From positions 1-28,643 of the forward strand of contig JBIJBE010000044.1 of the NCBI GenBank assembly GCA_044345405.1: a stretch of DNA of 28,643 nucleotides, in the 5' to 3' direction. The notes below the pieces were generated by a model that was not told the DNA's origin, made no database searches, and saw nothing but the letters and a program-made list of their open reading frames with translations. Positions within the stretch are counted from its first letter, which is position 1. Each line of letters begins with the position of its first letter. This document shows, piece by piece, positions 16,257 through 25,579 of this stretch. The translations under genes were made by a program, and so were the position numbers. The stretch is from Bdellovibrionota bacterium. GTDB taxonomy: Bacteria; Bdellovibrionota_C; UBA2361; OMII01.

Positions 16257-18737
16257 TTACTTCACTCGCACCTGAACAGCCGAACTCCATTCGGATGATA
16301 CGCCACCTGTAACAACTCGGTAACGAACCGACCATCGTGACTTGGTAGCGATACCTGAAACGGTCGCCGTGGCAGCGCGGAATGTCTTAGTCATGGGCTT
16401 TGAACCCTTCTTGTCCAAGCGAGTCGCCTCAACGTAGTAGGTTGCAGCAGGTACGGTTGTCATCGATACGAGAAGGCGAGCAGCTTTACCGACTGTGCGC
16501 GAGCCTACAGCAGGAGCCGCAACAGTGACTGCCATTGATTCCTTGCAATCAACGATACCGTTTTGATCGGCATCGATGTCTGCGACTCCGCATCCGCACA
16601 CTCCCGGAGAGAGCTTGGCAGGATCGTTGTAACAGAGGTCAACTGATGCTGCCGCACGCTGACATGAGCCGTTTATCGGTTGCGTCAAACTCTTCTCGTT
16701 CGGGCAGAGGTCGAGGCAGTCAACCGTTCCGTCGTTGTCAGAGTCGGTATCAAACACACCACATCCACACACACCAGCCCTACTCTTGTATGGATCTGAC
16801 GAACACTCATCAACACAGTCAGCGATTCCATCGCGGTCATCATCCCGATCAGAAGCGCTGCATCCACATGCACCTGGTGTTGTTTTCGTGAAGTCCTTCG
16901 GGCATTGGTCCTGTACATCAGGTGTATTGTCACCATCTGTATCGAGATCTGAGAGTCCGCACCCTGCGAGGCCAGGGAGAGTCTTGAACTTATCCGAAGG
17001 ACACTGATCAACGCAGTCAGGAGCGAAATCGCCGTCTGAATCTGTCTCAGCGACGCCGCATCCACACGAACCGGCACCGACCTTGCTCCTGTCGAGCTTG
17101 CAGGTATCGATACAATCTGGGTATCCATCATTATCGGTGTCGGTGTCGGCTACGTTACATCCGCACACGCCTGGTGTGGTCTTGAGCGCAGATGTAGAGC
17201 ATTCGTCCTGGCAATCCATGGTACCGTCTTTGTCGCTGTCGACTTCTACGATTCCACATCCACACGCGCCAGGTGTCGTTTTCTTTGCGTCGCTTGAGCA
17301 GCTATCTTTACAGTTAGGTGTACCGTCGCCATCTGAATCGGTGTCGGCGTTGCCACATCCACAAGCGCCTGGCGTAGTCTTCGTTGCATCAAGTGGACAG
17401 AGGTCAATGCAACTCATCGTGCCATCTCCGTCTGGATCAACATCAGGAACGCCACAACCACACACTCCTCCTGCGATCTTCGTTGAATCGCTTGCGCATA
17501 AGTCGATGCAGTCTGGCGTACCGTCTCGATCGGAATCAGTATCAGCGATACCGCAGCCACACGTTCCAGCGTAGAGCTTAGCGCTATCATTTGGACATGA
17601 ATCAACTGGAGTGCTCCACACTTCAGCTCCACGAGAAGGAGTGGATCCGAAGATCAGAATGGTATCACCGACGATCCGGAGAGCATTGACCGTGATATCC
17701 TCTTGCTGCCAGGTGAGATTCTCGTGTGGGGTCTCGTCGTAATTGAACATGGGAAAGGAATACAAGCGTCCCGAGCGAGCAGCGAAGCCGCGAGTTCCAA
17801 GCAAAGTGTTTGGAACTCGTAGATAGCTGTCACCTGCATCGTTAGCGTCGGGGGTCCTTACGTAGGGCTCAATGTTATAGTGCTCATAGATTCCATCAGA
17901 CGTTGTCATCGTGAATGCCATGTACTCAGTCGAACCTTTGGCTTCCGACCGCACAGTATGGCCGATTGAGCGAGGAGTAGTATCGTAAGATAGAGTGGCA
18001 ACTCTGTTGACTCCCCACCCAGGATCAACGCGGTACACATCGTGAGAATATAGTCCATCCGCTACCACGCTTATTCCAGCGACATAGAACTGATCGTGGT
18101 TCTTGCCGGTGTAATAGGTAGATAAATATCTCCAAGGAATCGCTCCAATGCTCTGCCATCGTTTATTGGATAGGTCCCATCGGTAGAAGTAGTCATAGGT
18201 CATGCCTACAGGAACCCCTTCTACTACCGCAAAGATGGAAACACTTTGACCAGCAGGAATGAAGCTGGGCTCGTTGACGCCAGTTGCCAAATTGTAGCGA
18301 CCAAGCTGGAAATCCGAGATTTTGTACAAAACAGTTGAGCCATTTTTTTGAAACACTGCGTTCTTGCTAAAGGGAACAGCGATAGTGCCCTGAGCTGTTC
18401 CATCAGAGAACCAGGTAGTACCGGCACCAGGAAGTCCAGCCGGAATCGAGAAGAACACTCCCTCGGTCGACGATGTCGTGGTTCGCGAGTTGGTGGTAAG
18501 AGTTGTAATGCTCTCGATGGATCCAGACGGCTCTCGCGCGATGAAGAGATCGGCTCCGCCGCTCATTGTCTTTGCGACGAAGAGAACACCTTGCGACGTT
18601 CGACCGACGGGAGAAGCAGCGGAGCTCTCTGTCCCCGCTACAAGGTCAGAAGCCAACGAAATGTCAGCCTTCGCGACGTTCGGGGTTACGAGAGCCAGAA
18701 GAGCGAAACAAGCGGTAAAGATACTACATCGGTTCAT
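16257..18737 (-). CDS. Secreted protein: divergent ELWxxDGT-like N-terminal domain, ten 33-aa thrombospondin-type-3-like Cys/Asp repeats, basic C-terminal beta domain
   Basis: Signal peptide ending AKA-D; TWFSDGTAQGT and GAEVWS motifs; repeats DxC..D..K..PG.CGCG..D.D.D.DG..DC at 16545-17603. Confidence 0.88.
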   Translation of the reverse strand: MNRCSIFTACFALLALVTPNVAKADISLASDLVAGTESSAASPVGRTSQGVLFVAKTMSGGADLFIAREPSGSIESITTLTTNSRTTTSSTEGVFFSIPAGLPGAGTTWFSDGTAQGTIAVPFSKNAVFQKNGSTVLYKISDFQLGRYNLATGVNEPSFIPAGQSVSIFAVVEGVPVGMTYDYFYRWDLSNKRWQSIGAIPWRYLSTYYTGKNHDQFYVAGISVVADGLYSHDVYRVDPGWGVNRVATLSYDTTPRSIGHTVRSEAKGSTEYMAFTMTTSDGIYEHYNIEPYVRTPDANDAGDSYLRVPNTLLGTRGFAARSGRLYSFPMFNYDETPHENLTWQQEDITVNALRIVGDTILIFGSTPSRGAEVWSTPVDSCPNDSAKLYAGTCGCGIADTDSDRDGTPDCIDLCASDSTKIAGGVCGCGVPDVDPDGDGTMSCIDLCPLDATKTTPGACGCGNADTDSDGDGTPNCKDSCSSDAKKTTPGACGCGIVEVDSDKDGTMDCQDECSTSALKTTPGVCGCNVADTDTDNDGYPDCIDTCKLDRSKVGAGSCGCGVAETDSDGDFAPDCVDQCPSDKFKTLPGLAGCGLSDLDTDGDNTPDVQDQCPKDFTKTTPGACGCSASDRDDDRDGIADCVDECSSDPYKSRAGVCGCGVFDTDSDNDGTVDCLDLCPNEKSLTQPINGSCQRAAASVDLCYNDPAKLSPGVCGCGVADIDADQNGIVDCKESMAVTVAAPAVGSRTVGKAARLLVSMTTVPAATYYVEATRLDKKGSKPMTKTFRAATATVSGIATKSRWSVRYRVVTGGVSSEWSSAVQVRVK

Positions 18738-18991
18738 ACAACTTTCCTTACAACTACAGCGAGCATTGCCTTATCAGCACACCCGCCAACCAAAGCGCTT
18801 ACCTACAAGCGTTTGTGCGTTTAGCACTACCAAGGGTATGCTAAGGTATGGGCGTATGATACCTAACTGGAGAAATTAAATGCTTGGCGTATTAGGGGTT
18901 TATAAATTTTCCGTCTGAGAAAGATTCGGATCCGATATTAAACAGATGTGCATTATGCACAATTTTAAGGGATTCTTGTAGCAGTTCTTGA

Positions 18992-19056
18992 GCGGGCTGA
19001 CCGCAGCTTCCACGGTGCGACCCCGTGGTCAGGAAGGGCGGTCGTGTCGACCGCCG
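18992..19056. repeat. Inverted pair of REP-like elements of the same family as 7626-7767
   Basis: GGAAGGGCGGTCGTGTCGACCGCCG at 19032-19056 and a degenerate opposite-strand copy (GGAAGCTGCGGTCAGCCCGC) at 18992-19011. Confidence 0.55.
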
Positions 19057-19122
19057 CGTTTCAATTTGCAAATGTCTTTCGCCATGCGCAACCCCCCGGC
19101 GACCGACACTTGCGTTACCTTA

Positions 19123-21297
19123 CTACCTTCGAGCTTTCGTCAACTTAATCGCGCCAGACTTCTTGTACGGTGTCTGAACAAGCTGTCGCCCATTCTTTCC
19201 GGCAGTCACTGCATACTGAAACGCGAGTCTCTGATTCGAGGTCAAACGCCGACCTAACTTTATCTTCAATGTCCCAGTCGACGTTTTTCGCATCGGTATC
19301 TTCCTCGTAGTCTTGCTGCGCTTATCGAGTACCACCACACTGACGACGTGCTGTACTTTAAATGACGGCGTCTTCATGGTCATCACCTCTCCCGGCGCAC
19401 TTCGACCACTCACATTGATATTCGGTGCAGTCGTTACCGCTTGAAGCGCATTTTGAATGCTTGCGGGGATTGTGAGTTGCACTGAGTCCGCTTGCCCCGC
19501 CTTCTGAGAGAGCTGTCCACTAATCGCTCCGGTAAGCGACGAAGGAATAAAGATCGGTCCGATAGGAGTTAGGCAAACGGCTGAACCATCAGACTCAGAA
19601 TTCGTTGGAGCAATTCCACCTCCGCTATCCGCTGGTAACTCCTCAACGCCACACCCACACTGACCGGGGATGAGCTTAAAGTCCGACCCCGGACAGAGCT
19701 GTCGAGAAGCAGAGAGGATGATATACTGGTTGGTCGTGTAATCACGGATATGAAAATAGTAGTACTCACCGAATTTGTGAAATCGCTCGAAGCCGTTCAC
19801 GAGTTGAGTAGATCCAGCGATCGTCACGAGCTGCGCGCTCGTTGGAGGCCCTAATGAGGGATCGAAGAATCGCAGGAACACGCCGTGGTCCCACATCGTA
19901 CGCCCATCTGAGAGCTTAATTCCAAGCTGCTCGGATGATGGAGTTACAAGAACCCCCTCATCATTGACGGCGGCTGAACCGCTATAGATCGCGGTCTGTG
20001 AATTCAAGAGTTGAAACGTGCCCTCGGCGGTACCATCGCTCGCCCATAGATTTTGTGGGGCGTTCGTTGATGTCGATTCCGTCACGTTAGGCTGAGCCAT
20101 GAAGACAAAATACTGACCAATGGTCGGATGAGCGGGATAGTCGAAGCTGAAAAAGAGTCCTGGCAGTAATCCCGGCGCAATATCCTTGGTGAGTGATGTG
20201 CCTGCGAGAGTCCCGTCTGTAACCCAAAGCTCCGCTCCATGAGTACCATCATCAGCAACGAAGAAGAGCTTCCGATTAGCGATTTTAAAACTCCCATAAG
20301 CTCCGTTCACCCGACTTCCTGTTGGTCCCGGATTAATATCTTTAAGCACAGATGCTTGGAGCGTTACGAGGTCGAGGCTCCACAACTCACGCCCATAGTC
20401 GGTTGTCGTATGGTTGTAGATGACCTTATTTCCGAACTGAATCCCTACTATGCCCTGCTCAACTTCATCACCTACAATCTGATAGGTAGAGAGTGGAATC
20501 TCTCGCGTACCTGCTACGGTCCCATCGGTGACGTATGTGGTTGTACTGCTACGTAATCCATGTTCGATCGCGAATGCACGCAGCGGACTTGGATCACTGG
20601 CATCCGGGGTGGTAATCCCATAATAGCTACTGACATACTGCGACAAGGTTTTAAGAACCTGGGTGCCGGCTGCGGTTCCGTCACTCACGTAGAGTGATTT
20701 GCCTGCGATAAACAAACCCCGACCATCAGGGAAATCTCCAGCAATACGGGAGCTGTATCCACGGGAACCGTCTGTTACTCCGTCAGCGATGTGGATCACG
20801 GCACCGGAGGTTAAATCTACAAAGTTGACCTCACTGTCCTCCTTGATGAGGACAAGCGAGTCGTTGATGATGAATGGACTCGCTCCCGGATCTACATTAG
20901 CTATCTCTCGCGTTCCTGCGGTAGTTCCATCGGTTATCCAGATACTATCGACGCCACCCGGCCCAACGTTTCGAATTGAGACTACGGCTTTGTTCTTGTA
21001 GGGGAGCGGCTTCACATCTGTGAAGTATGGCGGTTGCGAGTCACGATACGGATTGAAGAGGTACTGCACATCCGTGCCTTTAATACCCAGCATTGCAGCC
21101 CGCAGGTAGGTTCCATCCGCCGAGAGGTACGCGACCTCCTGCAACATTCGATCTCCCGATTGTACGCCGGGAGACCTGATATCAACGCGCTCTCCCGGTT
21201 GGGCAAGGAGGTTTACCTGCTCAAAGGAAACCTCTTGTGCCTGCACGCTCACGAAGGGAATAGCGATACTAAGAAGGGTGATAAAAGCTCGTTTCAT
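19123..21297 (-). CDS. Secreted ELWxxDGT-repeat (predicted beta-propeller) protein with one CGCG module and a basic C-terminal domain
   Basis: Signal peptide ending VQA-Q; IWITDGTTAGT, LYVSDGTAAGT, YVTDGTVAGT, GRELWSLD, GAELWVTDGTLAGT, LWASDGTAEGT; CPGSDFKLIPGQCGCG. Confidence 0.9.
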   Translation of the reverse strand: MKRAFITLLSIAIPFVSVQAQEVSFEQVNLLAQPGERVDIRSPGVQSGDRMLQEVAYLSADGTYLRAAMLGIKGTDVQYLFNPYRDSQPPYFTDVKPLPYKNKAVVSIRNVGPGGVDSIWITDGTTAGTREIANVDPGASPFIINDSLVLIKEDSEVNFVDLTSGAVIHIADGVTDGSRGYSSRIAGDFPDGRGLFIAGKSLYVSDGTAAGTQVLKTLSQYVSSYYGITTPDASDPSPLRAFAIEHGLRSSTTTYVTDGTVAGTREIPLSTYQIVGDEVEQGIVGIQFGNKVIYNHTTTDYGRELWSLDLVTLQASVLKDINPGPTGSRVNGAYGSFKIANRKLFFVADDGTHGAELWVTDGTLAGTSLTKDIAPGLLPGLFFSFDYPAHPTIGQYFVFMAQPNVTESTSTNAPQNLWASDGTAEGTFQLLNSQTAIYSGSAAVNDEGVLVTPSSEQLGIKLSDGRTMWDHGVFLRFFDPSLGPPTSAQLVTIAGSTQLVNGFERFHKFGEYYYFHIRDYTTNQYIILSASRQLCPGSDFKLIPGQCGCGVEELPADSGGGIAPTNSESDGSAVCLTPIGPIFIPSSLTGAISGQLSQKAGQADSVQLTIPASIQNALQAVTTAPNINVSGRSAPGEVMTMKTPSFKVQHVVSVVVLDKRSKTTRKIPMRKTSTGTLKIKLGRRLTSNQRLAFQYAVTAGKNGRQLVQTPYKKSGAIKLTKARR

Positions 21298-21450
21298 GTA
21301 CTACTCGCGGCTAAATATGTGCATACCACACTATTCATAGTACGAACCACGAGCATCCTAAGCAACCTCGAACGCCATTAAAATAGACCGTGATTTTAGT
21401 ATTTTACAACTTCGTCTTGAGTTGCCTCCTTCAAGCGTGCCATAATAGGT

Positions 21451-22293
21451 GTGCAGGTTACACAAATGGAAACATCCCTCGCTCTCAATTTGATTCGACA
21501 CCTCATTCGCCCCGCCGTGCGATTTTGTATTCGCCACGGCGTGACTGGCCAGGAGGCTATCGAGGCCCTTAAGCGCGAATTCGTCTCGGAAGCGTCTACG
21601 GAGATCTCGCATAGAAAAGAGAAGGAGAGCGTTAGCCGGTTAAGCGCACTTACCGGGTTTAACCGGCGCGAGGTTGATAGACTTACCAAGGTGTCAGGAG
21701 ACCTCGACATCTCAAAGAACCTCATACACCGAGTAGTATCGGCATGGCAGGAAAATCCTGAATTCATTACGTCTACAAAGAAGCCTCGCGTCCTCTCTCA
21801 CGGCACAAAAGATAGCGACTTCACCCGACTCGTAGCCTCTGTAAGCAAGGACTTAAACGCGGCCGCGGTATTGGCGGAGCTGTTGCGAATACGTATCGCT
21901 CGGGAAACCTCGTATGGCGTGGTGCTCGTCGCCGACAACTACATCCCCCGAGGAGATCCAAACGCACTCTTCACTGTATTGGCACGGGATATGGAGGATC
22001 TCTGCGTAAGTGTCGAAGAAAACACTATACAGGGGATGGATCCGCCGAATCTCCACCTTCGAACTGAGTATGACCGTATCCGACCTGAAGGGATACCGTC
22101 ACTCAAAGCGTGGATGTTGCGAGAGGGGCACGATCTACACCTTCGAGCTCGCGCCGAGATGGCGAAGTACGATCAGGATGTAAATCCGGATCCGAATTTT
22201 AAGGGGCAAGGAGCCCGTGTATCTCTGACTGCGTTTAGCCTTGTGTGCCCGGACACAAGCGCTGCTGAAAACGTCGGAGAGACGAAGGAGTAA
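21451..22293 (+). CDS. DUF6502-family protein (putative HTH-containing regulator); start may be the ATG at 21466
   Basis: LIRPAVRFCIRHGV, SVSRLSALTGFNRREV, VVSAW, F..LV.SVSKDL...AVLAELLR and LA.DM.DL match the family pattern as recalled. Confidence 0.75.
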   Translation: MQVTQMETSLALNLIRHLIRPAVRFCIRHGVTGQEAIEALKREFVSEASTEISHRKEKESVSRLSALTGFNRREVDRLTKVSGDLDISKNLIHRVVSAWQENPEFITSTKKPRVLSHGTKDSDFTRLVASVSKDLNAAAVLAELLRIRIARETSYGVVLVADNYIPRGDPNALFTVLARDMEDLCVSVEENTIQGMDPPNLHLRTEYDRIRPEGIPSLKAWMLREGHDLHLRARAEMAKYDQDVNPDPNFKGQGARVSLTAFSLVCPDTSAAENVGETKE

Positions 22294-23072
22294 TGATGGG
22301 AAGTTGTGACGTCATTCGAAAATTAGCATGCCGCATTCGCACAGCCGTTGCGATCTCATGCGCTCTTATCATCACCCTCATCGGTTGTGGCGGTGGCACC
22401 ACCGGCAGTGGCGATGCGCCAAGCGTGAAGGTGTACGGCACCGTAACAGATCAGCAAGGCCGCGCAGTATCATCGGGCAGTGTGACAGACCTCTACGGTG
22501 GGGCGTCCACCGAGATTACCGCAGGAGGCGGCTTCACACTCTCTGCCATTCCGGATAACGGCGAAGTATCGCTTGATGTAACGGCACAGGGCACATCGGG
22601 ATCAATTCAGGTGAAGAACCTTCCGTCTACCACGCAGTCGGTCGCCATAAAAGTTGTGGTCGATAGCGTATCGGGCATCGTCACCGTTGCATCTGTGGAG
22701 ATAGATGCGGCGGATCCTAACGATCCAGCCAATCAAGAGATCGCTCAGCGGGTACGAGGCTCGATCACCGGCAGTACCGGTAAGCCTGCAAAGAACGTGA
22801 CGGTCTCGATTGTCGGCGCGCGAGGCTCAACGAAGACCGACGCGAGCGGTTCATTCACGCTCAATGCAAAAAGCACCACCGGAACGCTCACGTTAAGGCT
22901 TACCTATAAGGGTCTCGATGGAGAAACGGTACTGCGCGGGATCCCGAAAGATCGTCCATGCACACTGCGAGTGCGCCTCTCTATTTCTATAGAAGCGGGG
23001 CAGAATCCTGGCGACGGAGACGATGGAGGAGCAATCCTATCGGTCGAAGTTGATGGAGTTTCGGTATCATAA
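22293..23072 (+). CDS. Lipoprotein with two carboxypeptidase-regulatory-like (prealbumin-fold) domains
   Basis: Lipobox LIG-C then GGGTTGSG; duplicated motif V.G.(V/I)T...G.....V...T...G.FTL; TAATG overlap with the upstream gene. Confidence 0.8.
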   Translation: MMGSCDVIRKLACRIRTAVAISCALIITLIGCGGGTTGSGDAPSVKVYGTVTDQQGRAVSSGSVTDLYGGASTEITAGGGFTLSAIPDNGEVSLDVTAQGTSGSIQVKNLPSTTQSVAIKVVVDSVSGIVTVASVEIDAADPNDPANQEIAQRVRGSITGSTGKPAKNVTVSIVGARGSTKTDASGSFTLNAKSTTGTLTLRLTYKGLDGETVLRGIPKDRPCTLRVRLSISIEAGQNPGDGDDGGAILSVEVDGVSVS

Positions 23073-23092
23073 AAGGGACCAGCAGCTCCGAT

Positions 23093-24949
23093 ATGACGCA
23101 CGGACCGCGCACCTCTCACCAAGACCGCCCGCGAATCACGTCCGCCTGGTTCGGCGTCGCGATGATGGTGTGCGCCCTCGTCTTGGGAGTAGGCGACTCA
23201 GCCGTGGCGGAACGCGAGCCCTGCCTCCTCGTAAAAACGGCGCGCAAACCGATGCAATCAGTTGGCACAGCAAAGATAGCCGTTATCATCGTTGACTTCC
23301 CTGGTATACCCACAACCTACACGGCCGCCGATGTAGTGAGTGGATTACGCGAACGTCAACCTGGCTCACCGTTCTCTGCCTTTGAGGTGTTCTCTCAGAG
23401 CTCGCGTGGCCAGTACCAAGTTGATTTTGGAACCCTTCCCAACGGGCAACCCGCGGTATTCGGCCCCTATCTCGTTGATCGGAGCGCGACAGCGCGGTGC
23501 ACCAAAGGCTATAGCGAGTGGTCACAGCAAGCGGCAATACTCGCTTCAACGGAGGGCTATAAACGAAAGCGGTACCAGCACACCGTATTTCTTTTTCCAC
23601 CGCGTGACACGATCGGCTGCGGCGTGACCGGCATCGGCGAAATTGGTGGAGACACAACGTGGCTCTTCGGATTGAGCGCTAACTCTTTTACCCACGAACT
23701 TGGACACAACCTTGGTCTCTTCCATGCAGGCAGGCGAGATGCCGTGGGGATAGCTGCGCAGTATGGTGACCTCTCCTCTCCGATGGGTAGCTTTCAACCT
23801 GCAACGGTTCTGTTCTCAGCACCACACCGAGCTCAACTTGGATGGGTTCCAGCGACAGAGCGAGAGACCCTGCCCATCGGCACAAGCGCTCGACGCACTA
23901 TCTACGCACTTGAACGACAACGTACTGTAACGGTGCCACGAGTTATCTCGATTCCTCTTGCCGACCAGAGCTCCTACAAACTCTCCTACCGTCAAGAGCT
24001 CCCTGAAGCGCCGTCGTCTCGAAGCCGACGCTACGTGCAAGGGCTCACTATTCACCGGGATTTCGGTGTGGGACTTACAACGAGGCTGATGGGGGTGCTT
24101 CGTGACGGAGAGAGCTTCATCGACGAAAAGAACAATATTAAAGTAACTCAGGTTTCCCACAATTCAGACACCGTTACCTTCGACACCTCGCCAACCGTCT
24201 CACGCAACTCCGCAGATAAGGGTTGCTTCAAAGTCGACACCTGCACTGTAGACGCCGAATCTCGCGCGCCCGAGGCGATGGATTGCAGGGGATTCGTTGC
24301 GGCAGTGAGTCCGTATCAATTCTCTACAGGAGCACGGTGTCCGACTCGCGCCGCAAATGAAGATTACGACCTCGACGGCGTTGCAGACCGCGCTGTACAG
24401 ACAGCGGATGCTGATGGAGATGGCGTGCCGAATGAGGAGGACTGCAATCCGACATCCGTTGAACTCCACAGGCTCTATCGATCAACCGACATCGATGGTG
24501 ACGGCGCCTATGAATCAGTGCTTCCGGCCTCTCTGGGTGTGTGCGCCTCTATCTCGCAACCAGCCGGGTACCTTGATGAGGCTCGCCTTGATTCATGCAC
24601 GTCGGTAAGCGATTCATCACAAGCTGACAACGACCGAGACGGCATCGGAGATGTCTGTCAGCTGAACGATTCGCTCGCTGCCAGCCGGCGACGAATGTTG
24701 CCGTCGCTTCAACAACTCTCGAGAGCTGGTACTCTTTTGAGAAAACTCCCATCTGCAAGCGCACCGGTGCACGGAAGAGCTGCCAGCAATGCGATTAAGC
24801 GATTCCTCGCGACATTCTCCTCAGAGCCAGCACTCTCGGCATCATCGAAATCAGCCCTCTCAAAAGTTGCATCGCAATTAGGCAAGCAAGGCGGAGAGAA
24901 AGCTGAAGGTGCCACTCTCCTAAAGGCTCTCGCGCCATTTGGAGTTTAG
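23093..24949 (+). CDS. Secreted M11 (gametolysin-like) zinc metalloprotease with TSP3-like Ca-binding repeats
   Basis: HELGHNLGLFH zinc motif at 23693-23725, YGDLSSPMG Met-turn, FSAPHRAQLGWV, and DxDxDG repeats near the C-terminus. Confidence 0.85.
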   Translation: MTHGPRTSHQDRPRITSAWFGVAMMVCALVLGVGDSAVAEREPCLLVKTARKPMQSVGTAKIAVIIVDFPGIPTTYTAADVVSGLRERQPGSPFSAFEVFSQSSRGQYQVDFGTLPNGQPAVFGPYLVDRSATARCTKGYSEWSQQAAILASTEGYKRKRYQHTVFLFPPRDTIGCGVTGIGEIGGDTTWLFGLSANSFTHELGHNLGLFHAGRRDAVGIAAQYGDLSSPMGSFQPATVLFSAPHRAQLGWVPATERETLPIGTSARRTIYALERQRTVTVPRVISIPLADQSSYKLSYRQELPEAPSSRSRRYVQGLTIHRDFGVGLTTRLMGVLRDGESFIDEKNNIKVTQVSHNSDTVTFDTSPTVSRNSADKGCFKVDTCTVDAESRAPEAMDCRGFVAAVSPYQFSTGARCPTRAANEDYDLDGVADRAVQTADADGDGVPNEEDCNPTSVELHRLYRSTDIDGDGAYESVLPASLGVCASISQPAGYLDEARLDSCTSVSDSSQADNDRDGIGDVCQLNDSLAASRRRMLPSLQQLSRAGTLLRKLPSASAPVHGRAASNAIKRFLATFSSEPALSASSKSALSKVASQLGKQGGEKAEGATLLKALAPFGV

Positions 24950-25579
24950 TTGTCTGGAGGACGGGGAATTACTCAGCACGCTGCGTTGCAAATCGTAGAA
25001 ACCTTTCCCGATCCACACCTCCGTGGCGCAAAAGGCTCCCTTCCCTACTCTTCCGGCATCGGAGCAAACGGGATAAGAGGCCTCCAGATACTGGTATACC
25101 CTACTTATTAAAAGTAGGCGCAGTTGTTGATATCGCTGGGTAGCTGAAACTATTTCTGATATGCGCTGCGGCGCTCGGACGGCTTCGATAAAGTAGGGTC
25201 TACCAGAGGATGGTGGCCGCAACTTTCGTTACGACCGCCTGTAAGGTTGAACGACCTCGCTGAAATTCCAAAACCTCATAGCGGAGAGCTTATCTGCACG
25301 GTCGCGCATAGCCCGCTGCTCCATGAACCTAACGTCCCTGCTCTTATTTTAATGCACTTAAAGTTTCGGATCGCGCTTTTAGTGCCAAATCTGGCGACCT
25401 CCGGCGCCTAAAACATCGCCCCTGCCACTAGAACTGTTACAAAGCTGGTACATTCCGCTAGGTCGTAACCCCCTAACATCAAATACTCTTTTCAGGCCCT
25501 TCGCCATCGACAGCGAGAACGCCGTTTTTTCGAAAAAAATTTAAAGAGTTTCGCTCTCCAAGAGGATCTCAACCTTTGG

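Noticed and set aside
18821-18844. CIRCE-like inverted repeat TTAGCACTA-N6-GTATGCTAA
   Set aside because: The spacer is 6 rather than 9 bp, the arms mismatch, and the adjacent gene is not a heat-shock gene. It could still be another operator.
24920-25579. 100-aa minus-strand ORF, and a possible c-di-GMP riboswitch or sigma-54 promoter ahead of the large surface protein
   Set aside because: The ORF has no recognisable features. I found no c-di-GMP-I core (GGCAAAC...GAAA...GACGCAAAGC) and no correctly spaced GG-N10-GC motif by eye; an Rfam scan would be needed to exclude other RNAs.
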